Origin: an uncultured delta proteobacterium
GTDB taxonomy: Bacteria > Myxococcota_A > Polyangia > Polyangiales > B10-G4
Length of the DNA: 64,000 nucleotides
Direction of reading: 5' to 3'
Assembly: GCA_963727445.1 (NCBI GenBank)
Contig: CAVSGI010000017.1
Coordinates: 158,372 to 222,371 of the forward strand
Numbering within the stretch: the first letter of the stretch is position 1; every line of letters starts with the position of its first letter. Shown here piece by piece: positions 10,744-20,439 of this stretch. The notes beneath the pieces are model-generated. The model had not been told where the DNA came from. It saw only the letters and a program-made list of their open reading frames with translations, and did no database searches. Both the position numbers and the translations under genes were made by a program.

Positions 10744-10792
10744 GCTGCAGAAAACTTGGCGCCCTACCCCTCCGCGTGATCTCACTTTGGTC

Positions 10793-11473
10793 ATGCGGAT
10801 TACCCACGTCTCGTCGCTCGCGCTCGTCGCTGCGCTCTCTTTGACGCTCCTGCCTCGCTCGGCCGCGGCCGACCAGGGAGAAGGCGCCCTGCGCGTCGGA
10901 GCCGACGTCTACCTCCTGGATCTCTCGGTCTTCCCCAACGTGGCGGGTGATCCGAACGTTCGAGGCGGCGTGCTGCCGGCGCAGCTCGCGGTCGGCGTCG
11001 GCTATCAGCTGAACGACAGCATCGTGATCGGCGCGCGGACCACCTTCGGCTACGCGGGCGTCAACGTCGGCGGCCCGGGCGTGTACCGCTACGGCGTCAT
11101 CTCGCTCCTGCCCTTCTTCGAGTACATGTTCATCGAAGGCGACATTCGACCCTTCGTCGGCGCCCACGCCGGCCCGACCTTCTACTTTCCCGACATGGCC
11201 GACACCCAGGTGACCGGCATGTTCGGCGGCGAGTTCGGCGTCCACCTCTTCGCCGACGACGCCTTCAGCTTCAGCCCCGCCCTCTGGGCGAGCTTCCTCT
11301 ACGACGGCTCCATCCGCCGCGGCGGCTTCTCCATGGGCATCCTCGTCAGCCTGGAAGGCTGGCTCTTCGGCGAGGGCAGCAGTCGCCGCTCGAGCGGCCG
11401 GCCCGCGTCCTCTGGTGGTGGACGCACGCGCGAGGCGGCTGATCCCACCGATCCGGCGAGCTACGAGCAGTAG
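10793..11473 (+). CDS. exported outer-membrane beta-barrel-like protein
   Basis: Signal peptide followed by alternating hydrophobic strands (VGVGYQL, IRPFVGAHAG, FGGEFGVHLF). Confidence 0.6.
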   Translation: MRITHVSSLALVAALSLTLLPRSAAADQGEGALRVGADVYLLDLSVFPNVAGDPNVRGGVLPAQLAVGVGYQLNDSIVIGARTTFGYAGVNVGGPGVYRYGVISLLPFFEYMFIEGDIRPFVGAHAGPTFYFPDMADTQVTGMFGGEFGVHLFADDAFSFSPALWASFLYDGSIRRGGFSMGILVSLEGWLFGEGSSRRSSGRPASSGGGRTREAADPTDPASYEQ

Positions 11474-12028
11474 GGTGAGGACGCCTCCATCCCTGGAGCG
11501 AGCCGCGCACGCTGCGCGAGTCGGGTCCCAATCCCTATCGCACGTTTCAGGTCGGCGCCGCGGACCTCCTCGGTCGGCGCCGCCGCATCGAGGGCGCCCA
11601 CATCGCGGCCGACGCCGAGCTCGACATCGTCGCCCGCGTCCCGGTGGCGCGCGCTGCCGGCCATGACGCGGGGGGCGAAGACGAGCGCCCGCCGGCCGTC
11701 GTCCGCCACCGCTTCGAGCGACGGCGTCACGACGCCCCGCGACGCCTCATCACGCTGCGCGACCGCCGACGCGGGCGGCCCCCAGGCTCCGACGCACCTG
11801 CCGACTGAAAGCGCGCCGGCCGAGGGCGCTCGTCGTTCGGAAAACACGCCGGGCGGCGCATTCGTGCGTTCGGGGGCGGAGACCGACGCGAAATTCGGGC
11901 TTCGGGAGCGGCGCAGCGCGCCGTGAGACGTGCCGCATGGCACTACAGCGGCGTCCGGAGCGCCGAGACGGGTCGGTCTCCGTGGATCGGCCAGCTTCAT
12001 TCGCGGCGTACATCGGTCGGTTCCCCTC

Positions 12029-12273
12029 GGTAACGTCCAATCGCGTGGTGTAAGAGCAGGCACGAGTGATCAAGCCTGAGACCTATTAACGTCTCGGCCA
12101 TCGCGTCATCTTCGAGTTGCGAACCAACGAGGAGGACGACGATGACCGAGACGAAGAAGACGATGGATGCAGTGGCGCTGATGCGCAAGCACCTCGAAGC
12201 AGCGGACGGCGACCAGCTCCGGTCGATGGTGCAGTTCATGGCCGAGGCGCTGATGGAGATGGAGGCCGAGGGG
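12029..12273 (+). mobile_element. IS256-family insertion sequence, left end and truncated transposase N-terminus
   Basis: Left-end-like GGTAACGTCCAATCGCGTGGTGTAA (12029-12053) and GAGGAGG RBS. ORF 12142 MTETKKTMDAVALMRKHLEAADGDQLRSMVQFMAEALMEMEAEG resembles IS256 transposase N-termini; similarity stops at about 12273. Confidence 0.7.
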
Positions 12274-12436
12274 GTTGGCTTCCGTGGAGGCCTGGAAACC
12301 GGAGCTCACCATATGACTTCGCCATAAGAGTTGAAGGCCAATCCGATATCCTGGTTGACATCACCACTAGACGAGAACTGTGGAAACATTTGGATCCTCG
12401 CCGAAACCTCGATGTCGTTATCACCAATCACCGACC

Positions 12437-13138
12437 ATGACGCACGTACTTGAATCCACCCGGTACATGGGAGAACGGCTGCCGGCAGGGAGCCGAGCGG
12501 CTGGCATCAGGATCCTGAGGTGCGAGTTCGAGAACTGCGTGGTGGGAACGATGCGCGGGGGAGCGCCATGCGAAATCGTGGATGCACAGATCGAGAACTC
12601 AACCGGCAAGTCGGTGTACCTGTACGACACGACGTTTCGGCGATGTCGCGTCTCTGGGTACCAAAGCAAGGGGCCGCCCACGCTGCTAGAGGGATGCTTC
12701 TTTGAGGACGTCGTGGTCGAGGATGTTCATGGTCGAATCCTCGTTCAGCCACGAGGCTTTCCAAATGCTTCTGGCGAGGCCGAGCGCGCGTTTTACGTGG
12801 GGCTTGATACTTTTGCGCTAGACATCCGCCGCTCGACGGGGGCGTTGGAAGTTAGTGCGATCCCGCCGGAGGTGGTGTGGTGTGACCCATCTCGGCAAGG
12901 GTTCGTTCGAGTGAAGGAAGCCCTAAGCCACCAACAGGCTAAAGAGGGCCCGTTTCGAAATGAGTTGCTGAGTTCGGCGGACTTTGGGGAAGAGCACCTT
13001 TTCGTGTCGCTTCCTGCGCGAGGCAAGAAGAACGAGGAACGGAGGCGTCACCTTCGGAGGCTTTCCGAACTCGGTCTACTCGGCGTGACCTACGATGAGG
13101 GATCCCTCCGACGTAGGCAAAAGTCTGTGAAGCCGTGA
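12437..13138 (+). CDS. hypothetical protein with beta-helix/pentapeptide-like N-terminus (candidate immunity protein)
   Basis: Intact 233-aa frame in visibly lower-GC DNA, with an ATGA overlap to the upstream frame ending at 12440. Confidence 0.55.
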   Translation: MTHVLESTRYMGERLPAGSRAAGIRILRCEFENCVVGTMRGGAPCEIVDAQIENSTGKSVYLYDTTFRRCRVSGYQSKGPPTLLEGCFFEDVVVEDVHGRILVQPRGFPNASGEAERAFYVGLDTFALDIRRSTGALEVSAIPPEVVWCDPSRQGFVRVKEALSHQQAKEGPFRNELLSSADFGEEHLFVSLPARGKKNEERRRHLRRLSELGLLGVTYDEGSLRRRQKSVKP

Positions 13139-13255
13139 TGCGTCGCAGCGTGACGTTCGCCGGCGGTTCGCCGGCGGCCGTCAGCCGACGCGCCCCGTTC
13201 TTCCCGTGTTTTCCAGGGAAAGGCCTCGGCACGGCATGTGATTCACCCGCCGCCG

Positions 13256-13759
13256 ATGGCGCGGACACGCATCATCGTCCCGGGCGGCACGGTCGCGCTG
13301 ACGCGGCGCACGACGTGCCGCAAGGCGTTCCTCGCGCCCTATCACGCGCTCGTCAATCAGATCTGGCTCGACGCGCTGGCCGACGCCTCGCGCGCCACGG
13401 GCGCCTGCATCCACGTCGCGACGCCGGTCATGAACCACCACCACGTCGACGTCACCTGTCCGCTCCCCAACCTGCCTGAATTCGCGCGCCGCTTTCACCA
13501 CGACACCAGCTGCGCCATCAACACCTTGCTCGCCGAGCTGCGCTACGACGCGCCGGGTGAGCTCTTCGACGACCGCGAGCCCCACTACACCCGCCTGGTC
13601 GATGCTGAGGCGCAGGCCAGCCGATTCACATACGACGCCATCAACTGCGTCAGCGCGGGCCTCGTTGCCCGCCCCGACGACATGCCGGGCCTGCGCATCA
13701 GCCCGGCTCAGTGGAAGAACGGCGTCATCGTCGTCGACCGGCCGCCGCTTTTCTTCGGC
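13256..13759 (+). pseudogene. REP-associated tyrosine transposase (RAYT / Y1 HUH), 3'-truncated
   Basis: TRRT motif, HUH motif VMNHHHVDV, LFDDREPHY, and catalytic-helix-like FTYDAINCVSAGLVARP. Similarity and GC-rich codon usage end at about 13759. Confidence 0.75.
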
Positions 13760-13859
13760 ATTTGCTCGTCGGTGAACCTGCTTCTCTTCGGCATGCCTCG
13801 GTCCTTTCCGAGGCTCGAAACTTACACAAAAACTGGCTCGAATTTTCGGGGGCAGATCA
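13760..13859 (-). mobile_element. IS3-family (IS407-group-like) left end with first codons of OrfA
   Basis: On the minus strand it begins TGATCTGCCCCCGAAAATTCGAGCCA, followed by RBS AAAGGA and ATG at 13794 reading MPKRSRFTDEQ, like IS407-group OrfA starts. Truncated after about 11 codons. Confidence 0.72.
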
Positions 13860-14222
13860 CAGTGCGTTATTCAGGGAGCAATCGTACTCAGGGTCGCAGG
13901 CGTCAAACCCACAGCCATAGACGTGCAATGACATGTTCAGGACGTCGACCCCGTCTGCGGTCGCCTGCTCAACCGCTGCGAGCACCCAGCCATAGTCGTA
14001 GTAGTAGATCTCGGCCTCTCGCAGCATTCCTGAGCGCCGCCTGCGTTCATAGGGATCCGTGATGCTTGCATCCTGTCCTTGCTCGATCGACCCCGCGGCG
14101 ATCCACGCTACCGCGGTGCCGTGGCCGGTAGTATCGGCAGCAGGGCTTGTGATGGAGCACGTTCCTCCGTCGCAGTTGTAGTAGGCCTTTATCCGGCTGG
14201 ATGCTCCTGCGTAGTCGAGCCA
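13860..14222 (-). pseudogene. internal fragment of a subtilase (S8 peptidase)
   Basis: Start-less open frame not in the ORF track: WLDYAGASSRIKAYYNC...TGHGTAVAWIAAG...ADGVDVLNMSL...NNAL. The HGT catalytic-His motif is at 14115-14123; the frame is cut exactly by the IS3 end. Confidence 0.75.
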
Positions 14223-14229
14223 TTCATCG

Positions 14230-14482
14230 CGGCGCCATCAGGGGCGGTCACCGCAGCGCCGCTCACGGCGTCATAGGCGTCGATGGTCGGCTGGTCGCCG
14301 TAGCTCCTCGCGCGAAGGACGACGACCCCTTCGAGTGGGATGGTGATGGGCGCTGCCAGAATGCGAACCTGCACCCCGGTTGGAGGCGCGCTACACGCAC
14401 GGGCGGTCGCGGGAGACAGGTTCGCCCCCACCACACAGACACACACGGCCAGAATCAAGACCCGCAGGCAAGTCACGGACAC
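14230..14482 (-). pseudogene. 5' fragment of a secreted protein
   Basis: Signal-peptide-like VLILAVCVCVVGANLSPATARA/C, after which the frame runs into the subtilase fragment and stops at 14189. Confidence 0.4.
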
Positions 14483-14596
14483 TGAGCGAAGCAGAAAACG
14501 GGCCGAGCTAGAAAGCCCGCCTTCTTCACCCGAGCGGCTGGCGCCTGAGTCACTTCGTGCCAGCCCTGTCCCCCCTCACGGGTGAGAGCGGGACAA

Positions 14597-15469
14597 TTAC
14601 GGCAGCTGCTCGACCATGTCCTCGTACGTCTCCGGCCGGCGGTCGCGGTAGAACTGCCAGGTGCGGCGGACCTCTTCGATGAGGTCGAGGTCCATCTCGG
14701 CGACGACGAGCTCGTCGTCGGTGCGCGAGCCCTTGGCGAGGAAGTTGCCGCGGGGGTCGACGAAGTAGCTGGTGCCGTAGAAGTGGCCGATGTCCCAGGG
14801 CGCTTCGGTGCCGACGCGGTTGGAGGCGGCGACGAAGTAGCCGTTGGCGACGGCGTGAGCGGGCTGCTCGAGCTGCCACAGGTACTCGGAGAGACCCGCG
14901 ACGGTGGCCGAGGGGTTGAAGACGATCTCCGCGCCGTGCAGGCCGAGCAGGCGCGCGCCCTCCGGGAAGTGGCGGTCGTAGCAGATGTAGACCCCGACCT
15001 TCGCGTAGCGGGTCTGGAAGACGGGGTAGCCGAGGTTGCCCGGCTTGAAGAAGAACTTCTCCCAGAAGCCGTTGGTCTGCGGGATGTGATTCTTGCGGTA
15101 CTTGCCCAGATAGGTCCCGTCGGCGTCGACCACGGCGGCGGTGTTGTAATAGACGCCCGGCATCGCGCGCTCGTAGACCGGGATGACCATCGCCATCTGG
15201 TACTTCTTGCAGTACTCGGAGAGCCTCTCGACCGTCGGGCCGGGGACCTCTTCGGCGATGTCACACCACTTGGCGTCCTGGCTGGGGCAGAAGTAGGGGC
15301 CGTTGAACATCTCCTGCAGGCCCAGGATCTGCACGCCCTTCTTGCCCGCTTCCTCGATGTAAGGGAGGTGCTTTTCGAACATCGCGTCCCGGATCTGCGG
15401 AACGGTCGCGCCCGGATCGTTGAGCGCGTTCGAAAGCTGGATCAGTCCACCGACGACTTTGCGGGCCAT
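14597..15469 (-). CDS. nitrilase-family beta-ureidopropionase (N-carbamoyl-beta-alanine amidohydrolase)
   Basis: E-K-C triad in LQEMFNGPYFC, YRKNHIP and ICYDRHFPE; FWEKFFFKPGNLG and QFYRDRRP are typical of this branch. Confidence 0.85.
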   Translation of the reverse strand: MARKVVGGLIQLSNALNDPGATVPQIRDAMFEKHLPYIEEAGKKGVQILGLQEMFNGPYFCPSQDAKWCDIAEEVPGPTVERLSEYCKKYQMAMVIPVYERAMPGVYYNTAAVVDADGTYLGKYRKNHIPQTNGFWEKFFFKPGNLGYPVFQTRYAKVGVYICYDRHFPEGARLLGLHGAEIVFNPSATVAGLSEYLWQLEQPAHAVANGYFVAASNRVGTEAPWDIGHFYGTSYFVDPRGNFLAKGSRTDDELVVAEMDLDLIEEVRRTWQFYRDRRPETYEDMVEQLP

Positions 15470-15558
15470 GTCTCGTTCCTCCCTGGAAAAGTGGGGGACT
15501 TTGACCCGAGAACGGACGCGCGTCCAATCCCGCCCCACAGAGCCTGCATTCGCCGCCG

Positions 15559-16302
15559 CTATTCCGGGCGGAAGCGCTGCTCGGGACCCGGCGGCGCGTA
15601 GACCTGCAGCACGCGGAGCGGCTCCGTGCCGTGCTCGTAGCCGTGGTTCGTGTCGGCCGGAACGTAGACGACACTCCCCGCCTCGAGGGGCGTGCGCTCC
15701 TCGCCGAGGATCATCCGTCCATCGCCCGAGAGCACGTAGAGCGACTCGACCGAGGTGGCGTGAACGTGCTCGGGCACGCTCAGGTCGGCGTCGCCGTCGA
15801 GGAGGCTGAAAGCGCCGAAGCGCGCGCCCGCGGCAGCGTCGAAGAAGATCTGAACGCGGAGCTTGCCGCCCGCGTTGGGCAGAACCGCGGCCTCTTCGAG
15901 GGAGGAGGATTGCGCGATGGGCTCTTGTCCGGCAGCGTCCGGCGCCTCGGCGCGCGCCGCGATGACCCGAGTGCCGGCGCGGGCGGGCAAGGTGTGGCTG
16001 CCGCGCAAGTGAACGACGGATCCCTCACCGTACCGCTCGAGGCCGCCGGACTCGACGTAGAGGAACACCTCCTGGTTGGGCTCGGTCTCGACCACCAGCT
16101 CGTCGCCCTCCCCCAGGTCGAGGGCCTGCCACTTCACGAGCGTGCCGCCTTCGCTGGGTTCGAGAGTCACGGGACTCCGCGCGACGCTCCGTTCCGTTCC
16201 CGTGCTCGCGGGCGGGGTCGACTGCGTCGTGGCGGCGGGCTCCCCACCACCACAGGCACCAAGCGTCACCACGAGCAAAGCGAGCGAGCTTACCCTTTGC
16301 AT
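15559..16302 (-). CDS. cupin-domain lipoprotein
   Basis: Lipobox LGAC and cupin motif PEHVH...ESLYVLSG...VYVPADTNHGY. Confidence 0.75.
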   Translation of the reverse strand: MQRVSSLALLVVTLGACGGGEPAATTQSTPPASTGTERSVARSPVTLEPSEGGTLVKWQALDLGEGDELVVETEPNQEVFLYVESGGLERYGEGSVVHLRGSHTLPARAGTRVIAARAEAPDAAGQEPIAQSSSLEEAAVLPNAGGKLRVQIFFDAAAGARFGAFSLLDGDADLSVPEHVHATSVESLYVLSGDGRMILGEERTPLEAGSVVYVPADTNHGYEHGTEPLRVLQVYAPPGPEQRFRPE

Positions 16303-16358
16303 GCGCGGGAGCATGACGGACACGCCGGCCGGCGACAACCACGTCGCCATCTGCGCGC

Positions 16359-17214
16359 TCAGAGGTCGCGTTCACCCGCGAAGAAGGTCAGAACGCGCCG
16401 GGTCTTGGTGGTCTGCGCGTCGTCGAGGCTCACGCCGAGCCCATCGACGTAGTCGAGGAGCGCTTCCATCGCGGCTTCGCTGCCCTCGAGGTCGACCTTG
16501 ATGGAGAGCTCCATCAGGATGCCGCCATCCGGCATCTGCCAGAGCTCTACCGTGAGCTTGTCGTCGTCGAGGTCGGCGACGCGGAACTTCCAGCGCTGAG
16601 TGTCCACCGGCCCGAGGACCACCAGGTCGTCCCAGTCGAAGCCGTCGGGCGCGAAGCGCGCGACCAGGTCCTCCTGCTCACGGGAGAAGAGCTTGTCGAC
16701 GTCGCGCTCGCCGTCGGCGACGTCGTCGAATCTCCCCCGTGTCCTGCCCGGCCTTGAGCGAGCAGGAGCTGACCTCCCGACTCGGCGTGCGGTCAATCTC
16801 GCATTTGAACTCGTCTTCTTCGAAGTACTCGGGGATGAGCGCCCAAGCCTCTTCGGAGGTCATCGGCCGCATCTTCACGCTCGAGTCGTCGTCGTCATCC
16901 ACGACCTTGCGGGCACGGAGCACGAGACCCGCCTCGAAGAGCGCCAGGTCCGCGGTGTCGTAGTAAGTCACGTAGCGCCGCTCGGCATCGTCCTCGTCCA
17001 GACCCAACGCCGCGATCGCCGCCTCGATGTCTTCCGGATGGATGGTGACCTTCAGCTCGACCCCGGGCGGGGGGGCCTCGCTCCCGACCTCGTCGGCGAT
17101 GGTGTCCGCCTTGCCGTCGAGCCCCGTCGGGCTGCCGGTGCGCGGATCGGCGCTCATGGCGCAGCCGCTCAGCAGGGCGAAGATCAGAGCGAGGATGGTC
17201 GTCCGGCGCTTCAT
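16359..17214 (-). CDS. CYTH-like (triphosphate tunnel) lipoprotein; one apparent frameshift near 16730
   Basis: Lipobox LSGC, GKAD linker, ELKVT, YYDTADLALFEAGLVLRAR and VKMRP; continues in another frame with ELW, ELSIKV and TKTRR. Confidence 0.65.
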
Positions 17215-17311
17215 GCCCCCGAGCGAGCAAGCATCGGACCACCATCATCGGCTGAAGATCGCTGAGGTTCTCCAGCAGAAAGTGGCCACGGAAGAAGCCA
17301 CCGCGGGCCGT

Positions 17312-18664
17312 TCAGGTCAGGCCGCTGACGGTCCCCGTGCAGTAGTCGGGGTTGCCGAAGGTCGTATCCGGCATGCCCATCCCCTGCATCAGATCGACGA
17401 ACATGTTGCCGTGGGGCGCGTCCACGGTCACGTAGCGCCCGGTCCGGAAGTAGCCCCCGAGGCTGCCCGCGATGATGTACGGCATCCGGTTCCAGCTGTG
17501 ATGATTGTCGATGCCCTGCTCCTGCTCGTTCACCCACACCAGGGCGGTGTTGTCGAGGAGCGTGGTGCCGTCACCTTCGGTGATGGAGTCGAGGGCGCCC
17601 ACGAGATACGCGAACTGCTCCGCGTACCAGGTGTCGATCTCGGAGGCGACCTGGCGCCAGGTCTTGCTCGCATCCCAATCGGAGGGCTGGCTCCCGGTCT
17701 CGTGGGAGATGCCGTGATGGCCGGCGCCGTGCCCGAGCCAGCTCATGCGCACCCCCGACTGCCCCGTCGACCACTGGATCGAGGCCACGCGCGTCAGGTC
17801 GCACTTCAGCGACTGAACGATCATGTCCATCTGCAGCCGGCCGAGCATCTGGTACTCGGTGCTGTCGCCGCGCGTAGGCGGGTCGCAGACGGCGCCCGCC
17901 AGATCCGCGAGCTGCCCCTGGAGCTCGTCGATCGAGGCGATGTGCGCGTCGACGCGCCGCCGATCGTCGGCGCCGAGCTGCGCGCGGAGCCGCCCGAGAT
18001 CGTCGGTCACCGATCCGAGCACCAGCTCGCGCCGTCGCTTGCGCGCGTCCGCCGCCTCCCGCCCACCGGCGAGGGGGGCGAAGATGCGGTCGAAGGCGTT
18101 GCCCGCGTCGTTCATCGGGATCACCGGCTCACCGGCGGCGCGATAGGAGATGCGGCTCGGCAGCGCCTGCCCGATCCCCTCCGCCTTCACCCCGAACTCG
18201 AGGCTGCGGTAGGGCGTGTCGCCGTCGACATAGTCGGCGATCACCTGATCGATCGAGGGCCCGCTCGAGGTGCCGTCCCACAGGTGACCGAACTCGCCGA
18301 AGCCCATGGGCCCGGCGACTGGAGGTCGCGCCGTCATGCAGTGGACGGTGCCCTTGTCATGTCCGTTGCGCGCGAAGCTGTCCTCGAGGGCGGTGGTCAT
18401 CGACACGCCGTCGGGGATCAGGATCTTGTCGCGGTAGGGCTCGAGGGGCCGCATTGCCTGGTTCAGGACGAAGTCGGTCTCACCGCCGGTGGGCCACCAG
18501 GTGGTGGGCGCCGGACCGCAGGAGGAGAAGAAGAAAATGACGCGGCGCGGGACCGTCTGCGCGACGGTGCGGCCGCTGCCGAGCATCGCTTCGAGGAACG
18601 GAAGCGAGATGGCGACGCCGCCGGCGCCGAGGAGCATCTTGCGTCGGGAGAGCTTCTTCTTCAT
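17312..18664 (-). CDS. DUF1552 domain protein
   Basis: SRRKMLLGAGGVAISLPFLEAM leader, SIDQVIA, LGADDRRRVDAH, CDLTRVAS and EGDGTTLLDNT. Confidence 0.88.
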   Translation of the reverse strand: MKKKLSRRKMLLGAGGVAISLPFLEAMLGSGRTVAQTVPRRVIFFFSSCGPAPTTWWPTGGETDFVLNQAMRPLEPYRDKILIPDGVSMTTALEDSFARNGHDKGTVHCMTARPPVAGPMGFGEFGHLWDGTSSGPSIDQVIADYVDGDTPYRSLEFGVKAEGIGQALPSRISYRAAGEPVIPMNDAGNAFDRIFAPLAGGREAADARKRRRELVLGSVTDDLGRLRAQLGADDRRRVDAHIASIDELQGQLADLAGAVCDPPTRGDSTEYQMLGRLQMDMIVQSLKCDLTRVASIQWSTGQSGVRMSWLGHGAGHHGISHETGSQPSDWDASKTWRQVASEIDTWYAEQFAYLVGALDSITEGDGTTLLDNTALVWVNEQEQGIDNHHSWNRMPYIIAGSLGGYFRTGRYVTVDAPHGNMFVDLMQGMGMPDTTFGNPDYCTGTVSGLT

Positions 18665-20400
18665 GGCGAGGTCTCCATGACGGGGGCCACCGTGTCCTGA
18701 TCGGCCACGCGGTAGAGGAAGGTCTCCGAGAGCGCGAGCCCGACCAACAGCTCGCGCACGTCGAAGTCGGCGCCGCGGAACTTACCGAGCAGGTCGTCGA
18801 GCGCGCAGGCGTCCTGCGCTTCGTCGCCGCGCCCGAAGGCCTGGGGAAACCAGCGCTCGGCGAAGCAGGTCTGGGTCTGCTGGCTCTCGATGAGCATGTG
18901 CGCCAGGTCGACGCCGTTTTCGAAGGCGCCGTCGTTGTCCGAGTCGGTGAGCTCGCCGGAGGCGTCGATGGGGATGTCGTTCTCGGTGGCGCGGAAGCGC
19001 CCCGCCGCGTCGAAGTTCTCGAAGGCGAAGCCCAGCGGGTCGAGCTGGCGGTGACAGGACGCGCAGTAGGGATCGGAGCGGTGCGCCGCGAAACGCTCGC
19101 GGGTGGTCGCGTCGGGGTCGGGGTCGGGCAGCGTGATGTCGAGGCCCGAGGGGACGTCGGGGATGACGCCGCACATCACGTTGCCGCGGATGAACATGCC
19201 GCGGTGAACCGGGGAGGTCTCGTAGGTCCGGGCGCGGGTGGCCAGGACGCCGCCCTGGGTCAACACCCCCGAGTGGTATTGCGCGTCGAGCTCGACGCGC
19301 TCGAAGCTGTCGCCGGCCGGGCCGCTGACGCCGTAGTACGCGGCGAGGTCGGCGTTCATCATCGACCAGGGCGCCGTCATCAGCGTGATCCAGCTCCCGT
19401 CGCCCCGGAACACGACCTCCTCGACGAAGGCCTCGGTCTCCTGGCGGAAGAGATCGGGCGTGCCTTCGTTCCACTGGGGGAAGAGGGTCACATCCTTGTC
19501 GACGGTGTCGAGCTTGTCGAGCTCGAGGAAGCGCTGGAAGAAATGCTGCACCGTGGCGTGCGCCTGCGGATCGTCGAGCATGCGCCGCACGTGCGCTTCG
19601 ACGCCGGCGTCGGTGTCGAGCTCCCCCGCCTCGGCGGCCGCGAAGAGCGCGTCGTCCGGCATGGTCTGCCAGAGAAAATAACTGAGGCGCGTGGCGAGCT
19701 GATAGCCGGTGAGACGGACGACCGCCTCGCCGCCGGTGGGCACGATCTCGACGCGATAGAGGAAGCTCGGCGATTGGAGCATGGCCTCGAGGACCATCTG
19801 GACGCCGACCTCCACGCCCCCATCGTCCCGGCCCGCTTCGTAGAGCGCATAGAGTCGATCCACCTCGCCGTCCTCGGCCGGCCGCCGATACGCGAGAGGC
19901 ACCGTGCGCTCGATGAAGTCCAGGGCGCAGTCGTCGTCCCCCAGGGCCGCGCGATCGCAGCCGAGGGTCTCGTCGAAGACCGCGGCGTCGACCAGGCGCG
20001 CGGCGACGTCCTCGGCGGCGTACATGTACTGCTCGGCGAGGAGCGGCGTCACGAGGCGCGCATCGGCGCTGAGGACGCCGCGCTCGTTGTCGACCAGGCG
20101 CGCCGCCGGCTCGCTGGTGTCGCCGAAGAGATCCCTCAGGGTGTTGTCGTATTCGGTGACGGTCAGGCGCCGGAGCGGCGCCCGGCCGGGGAAGAGAGCG
20201 TCGCCCTCGCAGACGACCGGGGTGGGCCCGGTGGGATCAGGGCCCGGACCACCGCCGGGGGAGATCCCCGGGTCCGAGATGAGTCCCTGGCAGCCCGAAA
20301 GGACCGCCAAAAGGAGCCAGGACAGCTTGCTCCGCCCGCTCAAATTTTCCTCCCGCCGCACCGAGTGTTCGAAGGTCATCTTAGCACGCGAGACTCCCAT
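18661..20400 (-). CDS. DUF1592/DUF1588/DUF1587/DUF1595/DUF1585 domain lipoprotein (start uncertain)
   Basis: LRRLTVTEYDNTLRDL, LQSPSFLYR, LATRLSYFLW, TSPVHRG, CASCH (heme/Zn-type motif) and LGFAFENFDAAG. ATGA-coupled to the DUF1552 gene. Confidence 0.88.
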   Translation of the reverse strand: MGVSRAKMTFEHSVRREENLSGRSKLSWLLLAVLSGCQGLISDPGISPGGGPGPDPTGPTPVVCEGDALFPGRAPLRRLTVTEYDNTLRDLFGDTSEPAARLVDNERGVLSADARLVTPLLAEQYMYAAEDVAARLVDAAVFDETLGCDRAALGDDDCALDFIERTVPLAYRRPAEDGEVDRLYALYEAGRDDGGVEVGVQMVLEAMLQSPSFLYRVEIVPTGGEAVVRLTGYQLATRLSYFLWQTMPDDALFAAAEAGELDTDAGVEAHVRRMLDDPQAHATVQHFFQRFLELDKLDTVDKDVTLFPQWNEGTPDLFRQETEAFVEEVVFRGDGSWITLMTAPWSMMNADLAAYYGVSGPAGDSFERVELDAQYHSGVLTQGGVLATRARTYETSPVHRGMFIRGNVMCGVIPDVPSGLDITLPDPDPDATTRERFAAHRSDPYCASCHRQLDPLGFAFENFDAAGRFRATENDIPIDASGELTDSDNDGAFENGVDLAHMLIESQQTQTCFAERWFPQAFGRGDEAQDACALDDLLGKFRGADFDVRELLVGLALSETFLYRVADQDTVAPVMETSP

Positions 20401-20439
20401 GAGCGTCCGCGCTAAGGACTGCTAAGGTAGGGCCCGCCG

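Noticed and set aside
11474..12028. Gene in the gap before the IS256 end
   Set aside because: ORFs on both strands lack recognisable motifs or a convincing start; left unassigned.
13760..14062. C-terminal part of ORF 13238..14062 as part of the transposase
   Set aside because: Composition changes at 13760 and the opposite strand carries the IS3 end and the subtilase fragment.
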